Below, piece by piece: positions 1 to 566 of a stretch of DNA of 566 nucleotides (its first letter is position 1; each line of letters starts with the position of its first letter). The position numbers were made by a program, and so were the translations under genes. The DNA comes from Escherichia coli (GTDB lineage: Bacteria > Pseudomonadota > Gammaproteobacteria > Enterobacterales > Enterobacteriaceae), in NCBI RefSeq assembly GCF_003334315.1, contig NZ_QOWR01000131.1, one strand, 5' to 3'. Below the pieces are notes generated by a model that saw only the letters and a program-made list of their open reading frames with translations, was not told the DNA's origin and ran no database searches.

Positions 1-57
1 GTCCTTCATCGCCTCTGACTGCCAGGGCATCCACCGTGTACGCTTAGTCGCTTAACC
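1..57 (-). rRNA. rrl: 23S ribosomal RNA, 5' end (partial; continues beyond the window start)
   Basis: The reverse complement of 1-57 reads GGTTAAGCGACTAAGCGTACACGGTGGATGCCCTGGCAGTCAGAGGCGATGAAGGAC, which matches the conserved 5' terminus of enterobacterial 23S rRNA as I recall it. The mature 5' G maps to plus position 57. Position and orientation fit the 16S-tRNA-23S operon order on the minus strand. Confidence 0.95.
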
Positions 58-162
58 TCACAACCCGAAGATGTTTCTTGCGATTCATCATCGTGTTGCG
101 AAAATTTGAGAGACTCACGAACAACTTTCATTGTTCAGTGTTTCAATTTTCAGCTTGATCCA

Positions 163-177
163 GATTTTTAAAGAGCA
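163..177 (-). promoter_or_regulatory. Spacer boxA-like transcription antitermination element
   Basis: The reverse complement of 163-177 is TGCTCTTTAAAAATC. This resembles the rrn boxA consensus (TGCTCTTTAACAA) bound by the NusB/NusE antitermination complex. It sits immediately 3' of a hairpin on the transcript, in the boxB-boxA order typical of rrn operons. Exact element boundaries are approximate. Confidence 0.6.
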
Positions 178-180
178 AAA

Positions 181-214
181 CTTCGCAGTGAACCTTTGCA
201 GGTACACTCTGAAG
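181..214 (-). promoter_or_regulatory. boxB-like stem-loop preceding boxA in the spacer
   Basis: The minus-strand RNA reads CUUCAGAGUGUACCUGCAAAGGUUCACUGCGAAG. It folds by eye into an interrupted stem (CUUC/GAAG, AGUG/CACU, ACCU/AGGU) capped by a GCAA (GNRA-type) tetraloop. It lies 3 nt upstream of the boxA-like element. Assignment as boxB is by position and analogy, not by a computed fold. Confidence 0.45.
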
Positions 215-240
215 TATTTTTTATTTAATCACTACAGAGA

Positions 241-316
241 TGGTGGAGCTATGCGGGATCGAACCGCAGACCTCCTGCGTGCAAAGCAGGCGCTCTCCCA
301 GCTGAGCTATAGCCCC
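241..316 (-). tRNA. alaT/alaU/alaV: tRNA-Ala (anticodon UGC)
   Basis: The reverse complement is GGGGCTATAGCTCAGCTGGGAGAGCGCCTGCTTTGCACGCAGGAGGTCTGCGGTTCGATCCCGCATAGCTCCACCA, 76 nt. It has the G3:U70 acceptor-stem pair characteristic of tRNA-Ala, the anticodon TGC (plus 281-283), a T-loop GGTTCGATCC and an encoded 3' CCA. The three spacer copies in E. coli are identical, so the specific operon cannot be assigned. Confidence 0.97.
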
Positions 317-358
317 ATAACATGTAGTTAAAACCTCTTCAAATTTGCCGTGCAAATT
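317..358 (-). other. Inter-tRNA spacer between tRNA-Ile and tRNA-Ala
   Basis: 42 nt of non-coding sequence between the two tRNAs. It contains a duplicated palindromic octamer (see the repeat feature). Confidence 0.9.

Positions 359-360
<2 letters not shown>
340..360 (-). repeat. Tandem duplicated palindromic octamer CAAATTTG-N5-CAAATTTG (potential 8-bp hairpin)
   Basis: Seen directly: caaatttg at 340-347 and again at 353-360, separated by ccgtg. The octamer is its own reverse complement, so the two copies can pair as an 8-bp stem with a 5-nt loop. The 3'-most two plus-strand bases (359-360) overlap the CA of the tRNA-Ile CCA end. Confidence 0.7.
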
Positions 361-435
<75 letters not shown>

Positions 436-503
436 GTAGAGGTTTTACTGCTCATTTTCATCAGACAATCTGTGTGAGCACTGCAAAGTACGCTTCTTTA
501 AGG
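436..503 (-). other. Internal transcribed spacer segment between 16S rRNA and tRNA-Ile (16S 3' trailer)
   Basis: Non-coding sequence between the 16S 3' end (504) and the tRNA-Ile 5' end (435). The reverse complement begins CCTTAAAGAAGCGTACTTTGCAGTGCTCACACAG, which I recall as the 16S 3' flank of enterobacterial rrn operons. This flank contributes the 3' strand of the 16S RNase III processing stem. Confidence 0.9.
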
Positions 504-566
504 TAAGGAGGTGATCCAACCGCAGGTTCCCCTACGGTTACCTTGTTACGACTTCACCCCAGTCAT
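504..566 (-). rRNA. rrs: 16S ribosomal RNA, 3' end (partial; continues beyond the window end)
   Basis: The reverse complement of 504-566 is ATGACTGGGGTGAAGTCGTAACAAGGTAACCGTAGGGGAACCTGCGGTTGGATCACCTCCTTA. This is the universally conserved 3' terminus of bacterial 16S rRNA, including the anti-Shine-Dalgarno CCTCCT (complement of plus 506-511). The mature 3' A maps to plus 504. Confidence 0.97.

Larger units (their letters stand above)
58..240 (-). other. Internal transcribed spacer segment between tRNA-Ala and 23S rRNA (23S 5' leader)
   Basis: Non-coding sequence bounded by the tRNA-Ala 3' end (241) and the 23S 5' end (57). It contains a boxB-like hairpin and a boxA-like element (listed separately). 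The 5' strand of the 23S RNase III processing stem is expected here by established knowledge; its 3' partner lies outside the window. Confidence 0.9.

Noticed and set aside
215-240. A/T-rich stretch (minus-strand RNA UCUCUGUAGUGAUUAAAUAAAAAAUAC) as a possible promoter or UP element
   Set aside because: No convincing -35/-10 hexamer pair with proper spacing could be identified by eye. The segment is the tRNA-Ala 3' trailer within a continuous rrn transcript, and A/U-richness here is more simply explained as a single-stranded processing region.
131-331. The 66-aa ORF on the plus strand from the supplied six-frame track
   Set aside because: It lies entirely antisense to the 23S leader spacer and tRNA-Ala, and ends in the inter-tRNA spacer. 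It has no credible ribosome-binding site, and its low-complexity, hydrophobic translation is typical of a chance ORF. The region is fully accounted for by structural RNA genes on the opposite strand.
504-513. Strong Shine-Dalgarno-like motif TAAGGAGGTG on the plus strand
   Set aside because: This is the reverse complement of the 16S rRNA 3' tail (anti-Shine-Dalgarno), so complementarity to the anti-SD is trivially expected. No plausible ORF follows at the proper spacing within the window.

Overview
This 566-bp window is the internal part of a bacterial ribosomal RNA operon, transcribed on the minus strand, and I found no novel system in it. Read as the reverse complement, it runs: the last 63 nt of 16S rRNA (504-566), a 68-nt spacer, tRNA-Ile(GAU) (359-435), a 42-nt spacer, tRNA-Ala(UGC) (241-316), a 183-nt spacer carrying a boxB-like hairpin and a boxA-like antitermination element, and the first 57 nt of 23S rRNA (1-57). 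From memory the sequence looks essentially identical to the tRNA-Ile/tRNA-Ala type spacer of Escherichia coli/Shigella (rrnA, rrnD, rrnH class); I could not run a search to confirm this. The single ORF in the supplied track (131-331, +) is an artefact, antisense to tRNA-Ala and the spacer. All findings are low-interest sanity checks or known rRNA-operon biology.
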